A stretch of DNA of 64,000 nucleotides from Bacillota bacterium (GTDB taxonomy: Bacteria > Bacillota > Sulfobacillia > JAMDAP01). Every line of letters starts with the position of its first letter. Position 1 is the stretch's first letter. Of the stretch, positions 37,036 to 46,419 are shown one piece after another. Under the pieces are notes generated by a model that had not been told where the DNA came from, did not search any database, and worked only from the letters and a program-made list of their open reading frames with translations. A program made the translations under genes and the position numbers. The DNA lies in assembly GCA_050260815.1 (NCBI GenBank), contig JBLNCQ010000144.1, positions 2,024 to 66,023 of the forward strand. The letters are read 5' to 3'.

Positions 37036-38453
37036 TCTGGCGTGAGAGCCTGCCGGCGCGCATCGCCCTGTCCACCGCCGCGATGCTGGCCCTGGTCCTG
37101 CTGCTGACCGTCGCCTCTTCCTACGCCCTCACCGCCCTGCTGCTGCAGCGCGGTGTGGACAGCGCCCTGCAGGCGGCGGTGCCGCTTTCGGCCCAGGGAC
37201 TGCATGACCTCACCGAGGAGCCGGAGCGCTGGGAATCCCGTGACCCGGAACACCGCCGCCTGCAGGTGCTGGATGCCACAGGGCGGGTGCTGCTGCGGCC
37301 GGCGATCCTTCCCGTTGACCAGCGGGCTGTGGCTGCGGCCATGCAGAGGGGCGTGGCCTTCACCTCCGTACTGGAGCGGGATGGGCGCCTGGTGCCGCGT
37401 TCCGAAGGCGCCTTGTGGCAGGCCCTCACGCCCCAACGCAACGAACTGCGCGTCATGTACGCCCGAATCCAAACGGAGGAGGGCCTGGCGGTGCTGCAGG
37501 CTGCAGCACCGGTGGGGGAAGCGGCCGAGATCCTGCCCGACCTGCTCAAGTGGCTGTCGGTCCTGGCCGTGCTGGCCAGCCTGGCGGCCGGAGCCCTGGC
37601 CTGGCGCATGGCGGCCGAGTCGTACCGGCCACTGCAGGCTATCACCGCCACGGCCGCGTCCATCTCCAAGGACACCCTCTCCCGGCGCATCGAAAGCCGC
37701 TGGAGCGACCGGACGCTGCGCCGCCTCATTGGCGTGTTGAACGCCATGGTGGCCAGGCTGCAGGAGGCCTTTGAGACGCAGGGGCGCTTCAGCGCCGCCG
37801 CGGCGCATGAACTGCGCAGCCCCCTGGCCGCCATGCGGGCGGAATTGGAGGTCGCACTGCGCCGTGACCGCAGCGTGGAAGAATACCGCCAGGCCCTGGA
37901 GGGCGCGCTGGAGGAGACCGCGCGCCTTGCCGACCTGGCGGAGCACTTGCTCATCCTGGCGCGCTACGAACGCGGCGCGGCGCCGGCCATGGAGCGCGAC
38001 GTGCCGCTGCACCCACTGCTGGATCGGGCAGCGCAGGAGGCCCGGAGTGCTGTGCCTGGGGCGGTATCGACGTCAGCAGTTGTAGAAGTGGCGGCCCCGG
38101 ATGAACTGACCGTCGACGTCGATGCCGTCGCTCTGGAACGGGCCCTGGTCAACCTGGTTCGCAACGGTCTTCAGGCCGGGGGTGCGCCCGTAGCGATCAC
38201 CGCCGTCGACCTGGGAGACGAGGTGCGCCTGGAGGTCCGGGACAGCGGGCGGGGAATCCCGGCCGATGCGCTGCCCCGGCTCTTCGAACCCTTCTTCCGG
38301 GCGGATCCCGCCCGCCGGCGCGATGGCGGCGCGGGCCTTGGGCTGGCCATTGTGAAGGCCGTGGCGGACGCCCACCACGGCCAGATGGAGGTCGACTCCC
38401 GCCCCGGGGAGGGAGCCACGTTTCGAATCGTCCTGCCCAAGCGGCAGCAGTAG
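37032..38453 (+). CDS. sensor histidine kinase (TM-sensor-TM, HAMP, HisKA, HATPase_c)
   Basis: H-box AAAAHELRSPL plus N, G1 and G2 boxes; 4-nt overlap with the regulator gene. Confidence 0.85.
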   Translation: MIWRESLPARIALSTAAMLALVLLLTVASSYALTALLLQRGVDSALQAAVPLSAQGLHDLTEEPERWESRDPEHRRLQVLDATGRVLLRPAILPVDQRAVAAAMQRGVAFTSVLERDGRLVPRSEGALWQALTPQRNELRVMYARIQTEEGLAVLQAAAPVGEAAEILPDLLKWLSVLAVLASLAAGALAWRMAAESYRPLQAITATAASISKDTLSRRIESRWSDRTLRRLIGVLNAMVARLQEAFETQGRFSAAAAHELRSPLAAMRAELEVALRRDRSVEEYRQALEGALEETARLADLAEHLLILARYERGAAPAMERDVPLHPLLDRAAQEARSAVPGAVSTSAVVEVAAPDELTVDVDAVALERALVNLVRNGLQAGGAPVAITAVDLGDEVRLEVRDSGRGIPADALPRLFEPFFRADPARRRDGGAGLGLAIVKAVADAHHGQMEVDSRPGEGATFRIVLPKRQQ

Positions 38454-38601
38454 AAGACTGTAAAGGCTAGTCGGCAGGCTCCATCATCGCGGCGCGGATG
38501 GACTCCGCAGCCTGGGTCTCCTGGCCGCTGTGGCGAGTCAAGCGCGGTGGTCTAGGATGCAGGAGGCGGCGCCATAGCAGCGGACGGCCGGCGCGAAGAC
38601 T

Positions 38602-39255
38602 CTACGCCGGCCGGGGCTGGCAGCCGATCACCCAGGACTCGATATCGTCGCCGTCAGGGCAGCGGGTGAACAGCCCGCCCTGGTTGAGCAGGCGCGGGTT
38701 CTCGTCGGACCGCGGGCGTACGAACTCAATACCCGTGCGCAGGCTGTATCCTGTCCCCCGTCCCAGGCGCACGTCGATCCTGTCTGACTTCTCCCGGACC
38801 AGCGGCTCGTGCAGGGCAAAGACCGCACGGTGCTCCGTCCGGTCGGCGCGGCCCTCGCCATTCTGAACAAAAGCGAAGAATGCGCCCACAAAGGGGGAAG
38901 TGGTCCAGTCCAGGAGGGGTGTGGCCAGGCCAAAGTGCTGGCCCAGGGCCCACCAGTCGTTCTCATCCTCAATGAGCGGCGGGTTGGGGCCGCGCCGCCC
39001 TCGGGCTGCAGCCTGGAACCGCTGCAGGTGGGCTGCGCGTTCCGTCTCGTCCGCGTCGCCCAGCAACCGGTCCAGCGTCGAGACCAGCCGCCAGTTGCTG
39101 GAGCGCTGGCCGCGGAATACGTAGGAAGGCTGGTCCAGGATGCGGTCATCGGCGAATCGCTCGTGAATAAAGTCGTAGAAGAACAGCCAGGACGATAACG
39201 TGACCGTGCCCACGCCGTCCGTGATGCCGGATTCCACCCAGGCGTCCAGGGGCAA
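38602..39255 (-). CDS. FRG-domain protein
   Basis: YVFRGQRSSNWRLVSTLDR matches the name-giving FRG motif; single gene on the opposite strand between two operons. Confidence 0.6.
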   Translation of the reverse strand: MPLDAWVESGITDGVGTVTLSSWLFFYDFIHERFADDRILDQPSYVFRGQRSSNWRLVSTLDRLLGDADETERAAHLQRFQAAARGRRGPNPPLIEDENDWWALGQHFGLATPLLDWTTSPFVGAFFAFVQNGEGRADRTEHRAVFALHEPLVREKSDRIDVRLGRGTGYSLRTGIEFVRPRSDENPRLLNQGGLFTRCPDGDDIESWVIGCQPRPA

Positions 39256-39433
39256 CGACCTCCTTCAGATAGCCATTCGTGAGCCCGTCCACGCCTGCGG
39301 CCGTCGGGCGTGGTCATTGCCCAGCTAGCCAGTCATGGAGTACGCTGGTGTGGAAGGATTCTGCACACCAGGCGCAGAAGCCTCCAGCGGCAGCCCGTCA
39401 GGCCAGGAGCGAGAGGGTCCAGCGCAATCCATT

Positions 39434-39451
39434 TTGTGAAAGCTATCACAT
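39434..39451. promoter_or_regulatory. Rex/CRP-FNR-type palindrome TTGTGAA-N4-ATCACAT upstream of the hdr-flx cluster
   Basis: Core TGTGA-N6-TCACA is perfect; lies 34 bp upstream of the hdrC start. Confidence 0.4.
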
Positions 39452-39484
39452 CTGCAACTCTGGAATGCGCAGGGAGGAAGGGCA

Positions 39485-40126
39485 ATGGGCCGGTTATCCC
39501 TGACGGACCAGCGGGAGCCCCGACAGCGGTTCAGGCACGAGGTGGAGGAACGAGCGGGCACTCGCGTCTCGGCCTGCTACCAGTGCGGCAAGTGCTCGGC
39601 CGGCTGCCCGATCTCGTTTGCCATGGACGAGCAGCCGCGCGTGGTCATGCGGCTGGTGCAGCTGGGGCTGAAGGAGAGAGCGCTCTCCTCGACCACTATC
39701 TGGCTGTGCGCCTCCTGTCAGACCTGCAGCACCCGCTGCCCGGGCGAGGTCCGGGTGGCGGAGACCATGGATGTTCTCCGCCAGATGGCCCTGCGTGAGG
39801 GCTACCGGCCGCCGCGCCGCGTGGCCGCGTTTCACCGTGCCTTTCTGGGCTCCGTCCGCCAGGGCGGCCGCCTGAGCGAGCTGGGCCTGGTGGCCGGTTT
39901 CAAGCTGAACACCGGCGACCTCACCAGCGACATCGGGCTGGGCCTGGACCTGTTTCGCCAGGGCAAGATCAAGCTGGGCGGCCACGCCATCCACAACCCG
40001 GAGGCGGTACGGCGCATCTTCGACCGGGTGGCTGAAGCGGAGCGCACGGCCGCGGCGGAGCGCGGGGTTTCGGCCGCAGGCGCTGCTCGGAACGGACATC
40101 AGGCGGAAGGGGGCGGGGGTCAGTGA
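39485..40126 (+). CDS. hdrC: heterodisulfide reductase subunit C-like (two 4Fe-4S ferredoxin motifs)
   Basis: CYQCGKCSAGCP and CASCQTCSTRCP motifs. Confidence 0.75.
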   Translation: MGRLSLTDQREPRQRFRHEVEERAGTRVSACYQCGKCSAGCPISFAMDEQPRVVMRLVQLGLKERALSSTTIWLCASCQTCSTRCPGEVRVAETMDVLRQMALREGYRPPRRVAAFHRAFLGSVRQGGRLSELGLVAGFKLNTGDLTSDIGLGLDLFRQGKIKLGGHAIHNPEAVRRIFDRVAEAERTAAAERGVSAAGAARNGHQAEGGGGQ

Positions 40127-40992
40127 AGTACGCCTTTTATCCGGGCTGCTCGCTGTCCGGCATGGCCACGGAATACGGCCGCTCCAGCCGGGCGGCCGCC
40201 GAGGCCCTGGGCATGGAGCTGGAGGAAATCCCCGACTGGAACTGCTGCGGCGCCTCCTCGGCCCACGTGACCAGCCACCTGCTGGCCGTGGCCCTGCCGG
40301 CGCGCAACCTGGGGCTGGCGGAGCAGATGGGGCTAGACGTCCTGGCGCCCTGCGCCTCCTGCTACCACAACCTGGCCGCGGCGCGCCAGTCCATGGCCGA
40401 TGACCCGGCCCTGGCCCGTCAGATCAACGACATCACGGGAGTGCCCTACACCGGCAAGGCCCGGGTACGGTCGATGCTGCAGGCGGTGGTGGAGGACGTG
40501 GGTCTGGACGCCATTCGCCAGCGCGTCGCCAGGCCCCTGGCCGGGCTGAAGGTAGCTTCCTATTATGGCTGCCTGCTGGTCCGCCCGCCGGAACTCACGC
40601 GCTTTGACGATCCGGAGGACCCGCAGACCCTGGACCGGCTGGTGGAGGCCCTGGGCGGCCAGGCGGTGCCCTGGCCGGGGAAGGTGCAGTGCTGCGGCGC
40701 CGGCCACACCCTGCCCCGCACGGACGTGGTGGTCCGCCTGACCCACGACCTGGTGGGAGCGGCGCGCGAGGCCGGAGCGGAGGCCATCGTTGCCGCCTGC
40801 CCCATGTGCCAGAACAACCTGGACCAGCGCCAGAGCGCGGCGGAGAGCTGCTATGGCGAACGGCTGGGTCTGCCCGTCTACTATTTCACGCAGCTGCTCG
40901 CCCTGGCCCTGGGCCGGGAGCCGCAGGAACTGGGCCTGGACACCCACTTTGTAGACGCCCTGGCCCCCTTGCGGCAGCGGCAACTGGCCTAG
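40123..40992 (+). CDS. hdrB: heterodisulfide reductase subunit B-like (two CCG domains)
   Basis: Two Cys-rich CCG motifs (..NCCG.., ..QCCGAG..). Confidence 0.8.
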   Translation: MKYAFYPGCSLSGMATEYGRSSRAAAEALGMELEEIPDWNCCGASSAHVTSHLLAVALPARNLGLAEQMGLDVLAPCASCYHNLAAARQSMADDPALARQINDITGVPYTGKARVRSMLQAVVEDVGLDAIRQRVARPLAGLKVASYYGCLLVRPPELTRFDDPEDPQTLDRLVEALGGQAVPWPGKVQCCGAGHTLPRTDVVVRLTHDLVGAAREAGAEAIVAACPMCQNNLDQRQSAAESCYGERLGLPVYYFTQLLALALGREPQELGLDTHFVDALAPLRQRQLA

Positions 40993-41008
40993 ACGGGAGG
41001 GAAGCGAT

Positions 41009-42988
41009 ATGCCGCGCGTAGGCGTGTTCCTCTGCCACTGCGGTTCCAACATCGCCGGCACCGTGGACATCGACGCCGTGGAGAAGGCGGCGGCCGGCAT
41101 GGACGACGTGGTGTTCGTCCAGCAGAACAAGTACACCTGCTCCGAGCCGGGGCAGCAGGCCATCCAGCAGGCCATCCGCGAGCATCGCCTCGACCGGGTG
41201 GTCGTGGCCGCCTGCTCGCCCCGCATGCACGAGAAGACCTTTCGCCGTACCGTCTCCGGCGCGGGGCTAAACCCATACCTTCTGGAGATTGCCAACGTGC
41301 GCGAGCACGTCTCCTGGGTGCACCACGACAAGGCCCGCTCCACGCCCAAGGCCATCGACCTGGTGCGGGCGGCGGTGGCCAAAGCCCGCCTGAACCAGCC
41401 CCTGCAGCGGTCCGAGATCCCGGTGGAGAAGCGGGCCCTGGTCATTGGCGGCGGTGTGGCGGGCATTCAGGCCGCGCTGGACATCGCCGACGCCGGCCAG
41501 CAGGTCATCCTGGTGGAACGGCAGCAGTCCATCGGCGGCCACATGGCGCAACTGGACAAGACCTTCCCCACGCTGGACTGCTCCGCCTGCATCCTGACCC
41601 CCAAGATGGTGGACGTGTCGCTGCACCCGAACATCACTCTCATGAACTACTCCGAGGTCGTGCGGGTGGACGGCTTCGTGGGCAACTTCAGCGTGCAGAT
41701 CAAGCGTAAGGCGCGCTACGTGGACCCGGCCAAATGCACCGGCTGCGGCGTGTGCATGACCAAGTGCCCCTACAAGGCGCCCAGCCAGTTTGAGCAGGGC
41801 CTGTCCCAGCGCAAGGCCATCTACGTGGACTTCCCCCAGGCGGTGCCCAACAAGCCCGTCATTGACCGGGAGGTCTGCCAGTTCTTCAAGACCGGCAAGT
41901 GCAAGGCCTGTGAGAAATTCTGCGGCGCCGGCGCCATCAACTGGGACGACCGGGACGAGATGGTGACGGAGCACGTGGGCGCCATCGTGGTGGCGACCGG
42001 CTACGATCTTTTCGACCACGCCGTCTACGGTGAGTACGGCTACGGCCGGCTGCCGGACGTCATCACCGGCCTGGAGTTTGAGCGCCTGGTCAATGCCTCC
42101 GGCCCCACCGGCGGCAAGATCAAGAGGCCGTCGGATGGGCGCGTGCCGGAGACCATCGCCTGGCTCTCCTGTGTCGGCTCCCGCGACGAAGCCCGCGGCA
42201 AGGCGTACTGCTCCAAGATCTGCTGCATGTACATCGCCAAGCAGGCCATCCTCTTCGCGGAGAAGGTGCCGGAGGCGCGCCCTTTCGTCTTCTACATGGA
42301 CGTGCGCACCGGCGGCAAGGGCTACGAGGAGTTCTACCGCCGCGCCGTGGACGAGTACGGCGTGGAGTACGTGCGCGGCAGGGTCAGCCGCATCTACCGG
42401 CGGGGCGAAAAACTGGTGCTCCTGGCCGAAGACACGCTGCTGGGCGAAGCCGTGGAGCTGGAGGCCGACATGGTGGTGCTGGGCACGGCCGTGGTGCCGC
42501 GCCGGGACGCGAGCTTGCTGGCTCAGACCCTGGGCGTCTCCTATGACCAGCACGGCTTCTTCATGGAGGCGCACCCGAAACTGGCGCCGGTGGAGACCAA
42601 CACTTCGGGCATCTTCCTGGCCGGTGCGGCCCAAGGGCCCAAGGACATCCCGGAGTCGGTGGCGCAGGCCTCGGCCGCGGCCATGAAGGCGGTATCGCTG
42701 CTCTCGCGCGTCAAGCTGGAGGCGGAGCCAACGGTGGCCCAGGTGAACGAGGCGACCTGCTCCGGCTGCGGCTGGTGCCAGCCCATCTGCCCCTACAAGG
42801 CCATTGAGATGAAGACCGTGACGCAGCGCGTGGGCGGACGCGTCCGCGAGCGTCAGGTGGCTTCGGTGAACAGTTCCGTCTGCCACGGCTGCGGCGCCTG
42901 CACAGTGGCCTGCCGCAGTGGGGCCATGAACCTGCGTGGGTTCACCAACGAGCAGATCCTGGCCGAGGTGGATGCCCTGTGTCTGTAG
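41009..42988 (+). CDS. hdrA: heterodisulfide reductase subunit A-like flavoprotein with Fe-S clusters
   Basis: FAD-binding GGGVAG, several CxxCxxC clusters, HdrA-type N-terminal Cys quartet; 659 aa. Confidence 0.85.
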   Translation: MPRVGVFLCHCGSNIAGTVDIDAVEKAAAGMDDVVFVQQNKYTCSEPGQQAIQQAIREHRLDRVVVAACSPRMHEKTFRRTVSGAGLNPYLLEIANVREHVSWVHHDKARSTPKAIDLVRAAVAKARLNQPLQRSEIPVEKRALVIGGGVAGIQAALDIADAGQQVILVERQQSIGGHMAQLDKTFPTLDCSACILTPKMVDVSLHPNITLMNYSEVVRVDGFVGNFSVQIKRKARYVDPAKCTGCGVCMTKCPYKAPSQFEQGLSQRKAIYVDFPQAVPNKPVIDREVCQFFKTGKCKACEKFCGAGAINWDDRDEMVTEHVGAIVVATGYDLFDHAVYGEYGYGRLPDVITGLEFERLVNASGPTGGKIKRPSDGRVPETIAWLSCVGSRDEARGKAYCSKICCMYIAKQAILFAEKVPEARPFVFYMDVRTGGKGYEEFYRRAVDEYGVEYVRGRVSRIYRRGEKLVLLAEDTLLGEAVELEADMVVLGTAVVPRRDASLLAQTLGVSYDQHGFFMEAHPKLAPVETNTSGIFLAGAAQGPKDIPESVAQASAAAMKAVSLLSRVKLEAEPTVAQVNEATCSGCGWCQPICPYKAIEMKTVTQRVGGRVRERQVASVNSSVCHGCGACTVACRSGAMNLRGFTNEQILAEVDALCL

Positions 42989-43479
42989 AGACCATAACCG
43001 CCCCGCCGGCGGCGGGCGGGGCGCCGGTCCCGGAGTCGGCTGCGATCGCGGCTTCGGCCCCGGCCGAGTGGACCCCCAAGATCGTGGCCTTTTTCTGCAA
43101 CTGGTGCTCCTACGCCGGCGCCGACCTGGCCGGCACCTCCAGGCTCAGCTACCCGGAGAGCGTCCGCATCGTTCGCGTGCCCTGCTCCGGCCGGGTCAAC
43201 CCTCAGTTCATCCTCCGCGCCTTTCTGGACGGCGCCGACGGGGTGCTGGTGGGGGGGTGCCACCCCGCCGACTGCCACTACTCCACGGGCAACCTCTTCG
43301 CCCGGCGCCGGCTGATGGTGGCCCGCCGCTTCCTTGCCTACCTGGGCATCGACCCACGGCGGCTGGAGATTCGCTGGATGTCGGCCTCGGAGGGGCAGAA
43401 GTTTGCCGAGGTGGTGCGTGAGATGACCGAGGCCATCCGCGCCCTGGGCCCGGCCCCGGGCGTCAGGAGGGGGTACTAG
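42979..43479 (+). CDS. MvhD/FlxD-like 2Fe-2S subunit
   Basis: FCNWCSYAGADLAG ... VPCSGRVNPQFILRAF ... GGCHPADCHY. Confidence 0.8.
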   Translation: MSVETITAPPAAGGAPVPESAAIAASAPAEWTPKIVAFFCNWCSYAGADLAGTSRLSYPESVRIVRVPCSGRVNPQFILRAFLDGADGVLVGGCHPADCHYSTGNLFARRRLMVARRFLAYLGIDPRRLEIRWMSASEGQKFAEVVREMTEAIRALGPAPGVRRGY

Positions 43480-43481
43480 CC

Positions 43482-44438
43482 GTGGCGGAGGTTCAGGAGG
43501 CGGTCCGCGCCGCCGTGCGGCGTTTGCTTGAGGAGGGGGCCGTGGGTACTGTCCTGGCACACCAGGACGGTTTTGACCCCCTTCATCCCGTGCCTCTGTT
43601 TGCACGCCGGCCCGACCAGGCGGACCGCGTGGAAGTGGGCCCGTTCGACGCCGGCAGCCTGGCCAAGTACCTGCTGCGGCTTCAGGGGGAGGAGAAGCCT
43701 GTGGCCGTGGTGGCGCGCGGCTGCGAGGTCCGCGGCATCCAGCGCCTGGCGGCCGACCACCGGGTAGACCGCAGCCGGCTGCAGGTCATTGGCGTCCCCT
43801 GCCGGGGCTCCCTGGACGCGCGCAAGGTGGAGGCCCTGGGCCTGGGCCCGGTGGGGGCCGTGCGCGAGGAGGCGGAGGAGGTTGTCCTGCACCTGGAGGA
43901 CGGCGAGCGGCGCCTGCCCCGCCGCGACTTCCTGCTCTCCCGGTGCCTCACCTGCGACGCCCGCAACCCGGAGGACGCCGACCAGGTCGTGGGTGAACCG
44001 GTGGACGCCACGCCCTATCAGGCCATCGACTACGGTGAGGTCGACCGGTTGGAGGCCATGCCGCCGGAGGAAAGGGCCTCCTTCTGGCAGGATCAGTTCT
44101 CCCGCTGCCTGCGCTGCTACGCCTGCCGCAACGTCTGCCCGGCCTGCAGCTGCGCCATGTGCGCCCTGGAGTCCGAGGAGCCTCGCTGGCTCTCCCGCGG
44201 CACCGGCCCGGCGGACCAGGAGATGTACCACTTCATCCGCGCTACCCACGTGGCCGGACGCTGCATCGACTGCCACGAGTGCGAGCGGGTCTGCCCCCAG
44301 GAGATTCCGCTGATGCTTCTCAACCACAAACTGCTGCGGGACGTGGAAACCCTATTCCGCCTTGAAGCCGCCCACCACCCGGCGGTGCACGAGCCGCTGG
44401 GCTTTTACCAGCCGGACGACCCGGACGAGTTCCACTAG
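43482..44438 (+). CDS. iron-sulfur protein (FlxC-like, 4Fe-4S dicluster)
   Basis: CLRCYACRNVCPACSC and CIDCHECERVCP motifs. Confidence 0.6.
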   Translation: MAEVQEAVRAAVRRLLEEGAVGTVLAHQDGFDPLHPVPLFARRPDQADRVEVGPFDAGSLAKYLLRLQGEEKPVAVVARGCEVRGIQRLAADHRVDRSRLQVIGVPCRGSLDARKVEALGLGPVGAVREEAEEVVLHLEDGERRLPRRDFLLSRCLTCDARNPEDADQVVGEPVDATPYQAIDYGEVDRLEAMPPEERASFWQDQFSRCLRCYACRNVCPACSCAMCALESEEPRWLSRGTGPADQEMYHFIRATHVAGRCIDCHECERVCPQEIPLMLLNHKLLRDVETLFRLEAAHHPAVHEPLGFYQPDDPDEFH

Positions 44439-44449
44439 GGGGGCAAGCA

Positions 44450-45429
44450 TGATGGCATACAGCCTCAGACGGGGACGGCTGGATGACCTCCTAGCCAGGC
44501 TGGCGGAAAGCGCCAAGGTCACGGACGTGACCCACAGCCGGCTGTCGCCCAAGCAGTATCTGACGCCCCAGACGGAACGGGTCTTCCGGTACCGCTACGA
44601 CGGCAATGACCTGTTCCTGGAGGCGGAACCGGCGCCCGAGCGGCAGATCCTGTTCGGCGTGCGGCCCTGTGACGCCGCCGCCCTGGTCTTGCTGGACGGG
44701 GCTCTGGGCGGAGAGATCCCGGACACCGCCTACCAGGCGCGCCGCAACGCTACAACGCTGGTGGGGCTGGCCTGCGAGAAGGTGGGGGGCAGTTGCTTTT
44801 GCACCGCCTTCGGGCTCAGCCCCGGGGCAGCGAAGGGCTCCGACCTCATGTTCTACCCCGACGGCGACCGCCTTCTGGCCGAGGCCGTCACGGCGAAGGG
44901 GGAGGCGGTCCTGCAGGCTGCCTCAGACCTCTTTGAGACGGCGGAAGAATCCGCCCTGGACCAGGCCCGGCTGGCCTACCAGAGCATGCCAGTACCCCTG
45001 GGCCACCGCCTTGCGGGGTTGCTGCCCAGCGACGAGGCGGGCCGGCTGGAGGAGCGCTTTGACGACCCGGTGTGGGGTGAGCTGGCGGAGCGCTGCCTCG
45101 GCTGCGGCATCTGCACCTACCTGTGTCCTACGTGCCACTGCTTCGCCCTTCAGGACGAGGGCAGCAGCCGCCAGGGCGCGCGCCTGCGGTGCTGGGACTC
45201 CTGCATGTACGCCGACTTCACCCGCATGGCGGGCGGCCACAACCCGCGGCCGTCGCCCACGGAGCGCCTGCGGCAGCGCTTCCTGCACAAGCTCAGCTAC
45301 TATCCCAGCCGTCACGAGGGCCGGTACCTCTGTGTGGGGTGCGGCCGCTGCGTGGACGGGTGCCCCGCCGGGCTGCACCTGCCGGCGGTGCTGGAGGCCC
45401 TGGGGAAGGAGGTGGCGCCCCGTGGCTGA
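44450..45429 (+). CDS. iron-sulfur protein (FlxB/AsrA-like)
   Basis: CLGCGICTYLCPTCHC and CVGCGRCVDGCP motifs; AsrA-like N-terminal region. Confidence 0.6.
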
Positions 45430-46306
45430 GACCGCAGAACTTGCAGGCCGCTCCGGCGGCCTCGCACCGGTGCCGAGTCCCCTTGTCCCGCAGGTGGCCA
45501 CCATTCGCAGGGTGGTGCAGGAGACGGACAGCGGCGACGTCCGCACCTTCCACGTCAGCTTTGACCGGCCCGAGGTGGCGGAGGCCTTCCGCTTCCTGCC
45601 AGGCCAGTGCGCCATGGTGTCTCGGGTGGGAGCCGGTGAGTCCATGATCTCCATCAGTTCCAGCCCCACCCGGCCGGACTACCTGGAGTTCGCCATCAAG
45701 AACGCCGGCCGCCACACGAACCTCATCCACCAGTTGGGGGAGGGCCGCAAGCTGGGCATCCGCGGCCCCTATGGCAACCATTTCCCGGTGGAGTCCTCCC
45801 GGGGCAAGAACCTGGTCATCATCGGCGGCGGGTTCGCCCTGGCGCCGGTGCGGAGCTTCATTACCTACTGCCTTGATCACCGGGACCAGTACGGACGCAT
45901 GGACATCATCTACGGCGCCCGCTCACCCGGCGACCTCTGTTTCAAGTACGATCTGAAGGAGACCTGGCCGTCCCAGCCTGACGTCTACGTGCACGTCACG
46001 GTGGACAGGGGCGATGAGGCGTGGACCGGTCCGGTCGGATTCGTGCCCTCCTTCACCGAGCAGCTCGCCCCGCGGCCCGACAACGCTGTGGCCGTGGTTT
46101 GCGGACCGCCGGCGATGATCAAGTTCACCCTGCCGGTGCTGGAGCGCCTGGGCTTTGGCGACGACCAGATCATCACCACGCTGGAGATGAAGATGCAGTG
46201 CGGCGTTGGCCTATGCGGGCGCTGCAACATCGGCGGGCAGTATGTGTGCCAGGACGGCCCGGTCTTTTCGCTGGCCCAGTTGAAGCGGTTACCACAGGAG
46301 TTCTAG
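45422..46306 (+). CDS. FAD/NAD(P)-binding oxidoreductase with C-terminal 2Fe-2S (FlxA/AsrB/PyrK-like)
   Basis: FNR-like fold (GGGFALAP) and terminal C-x4-C-x2-C...C cluster; GGAAGGAGG RBS. Confidence 0.65.
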   Translation: MAETAELAGRSGGLAPVPSPLVPQVATIRRVVQETDSGDVRTFHVSFDRPEVAEAFRFLPGQCAMVSRVGAGESMISISSSPTRPDYLEFAIKNAGRHTNLIHQLGEGRKLGIRGPYGNHFPVESSRGKNLVIIGGGFALAPVRSFITYCLDHRDQYGRMDIIYGARSPGDLCFKYDLKETWPSQPDVYVHVTVDRGDEAWTGPVGFVPSFTEQLAPRPDNAVAVVCGPPAMIKFTLPVLERLGFGDDQIITTLEMKMQCGVGLCGRCNIGGQYVCQDGPVFSLAQLKRLPQEF

Positions 46307-46358
46307 GCGCCGGGCGGCGTCGGCAAAACCGGGACAGCGGCCCCCCGAAGGCATAAGA

Positions 46359-46392
46359 AGAGCGGAGCAGGGAGTGACCCCTGCTCCGCTCT
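46359..46392. terminator. 14-bp perfect hairpin between the convergent flxA-like and oppA-like genes
   Basis: AGAGCGGAGCAGGG, loop AGTGAC, then CCCTGCTCCGCTCT. Confidence 0.5.
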
Positions 46393-46419
46393 GTCTGACG
46401 ACTTACCGATTCGTGAGCT

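Noticed and set aside
36145-38012. Large antisense ORFs (295-334 aa) over the response regulator / kinase genes
   Set aside because: The sense-strand two-component genes are clearly the real products; the antisense ORFs lack RBS and domains.
41267-42886. 539-aa minus-strand ORF antisense to hdrA
   Set aside because: HdrA on the plus strand carries conserved FAD and Fe-S motifs; the antisense product is compositionally biased with no domains.
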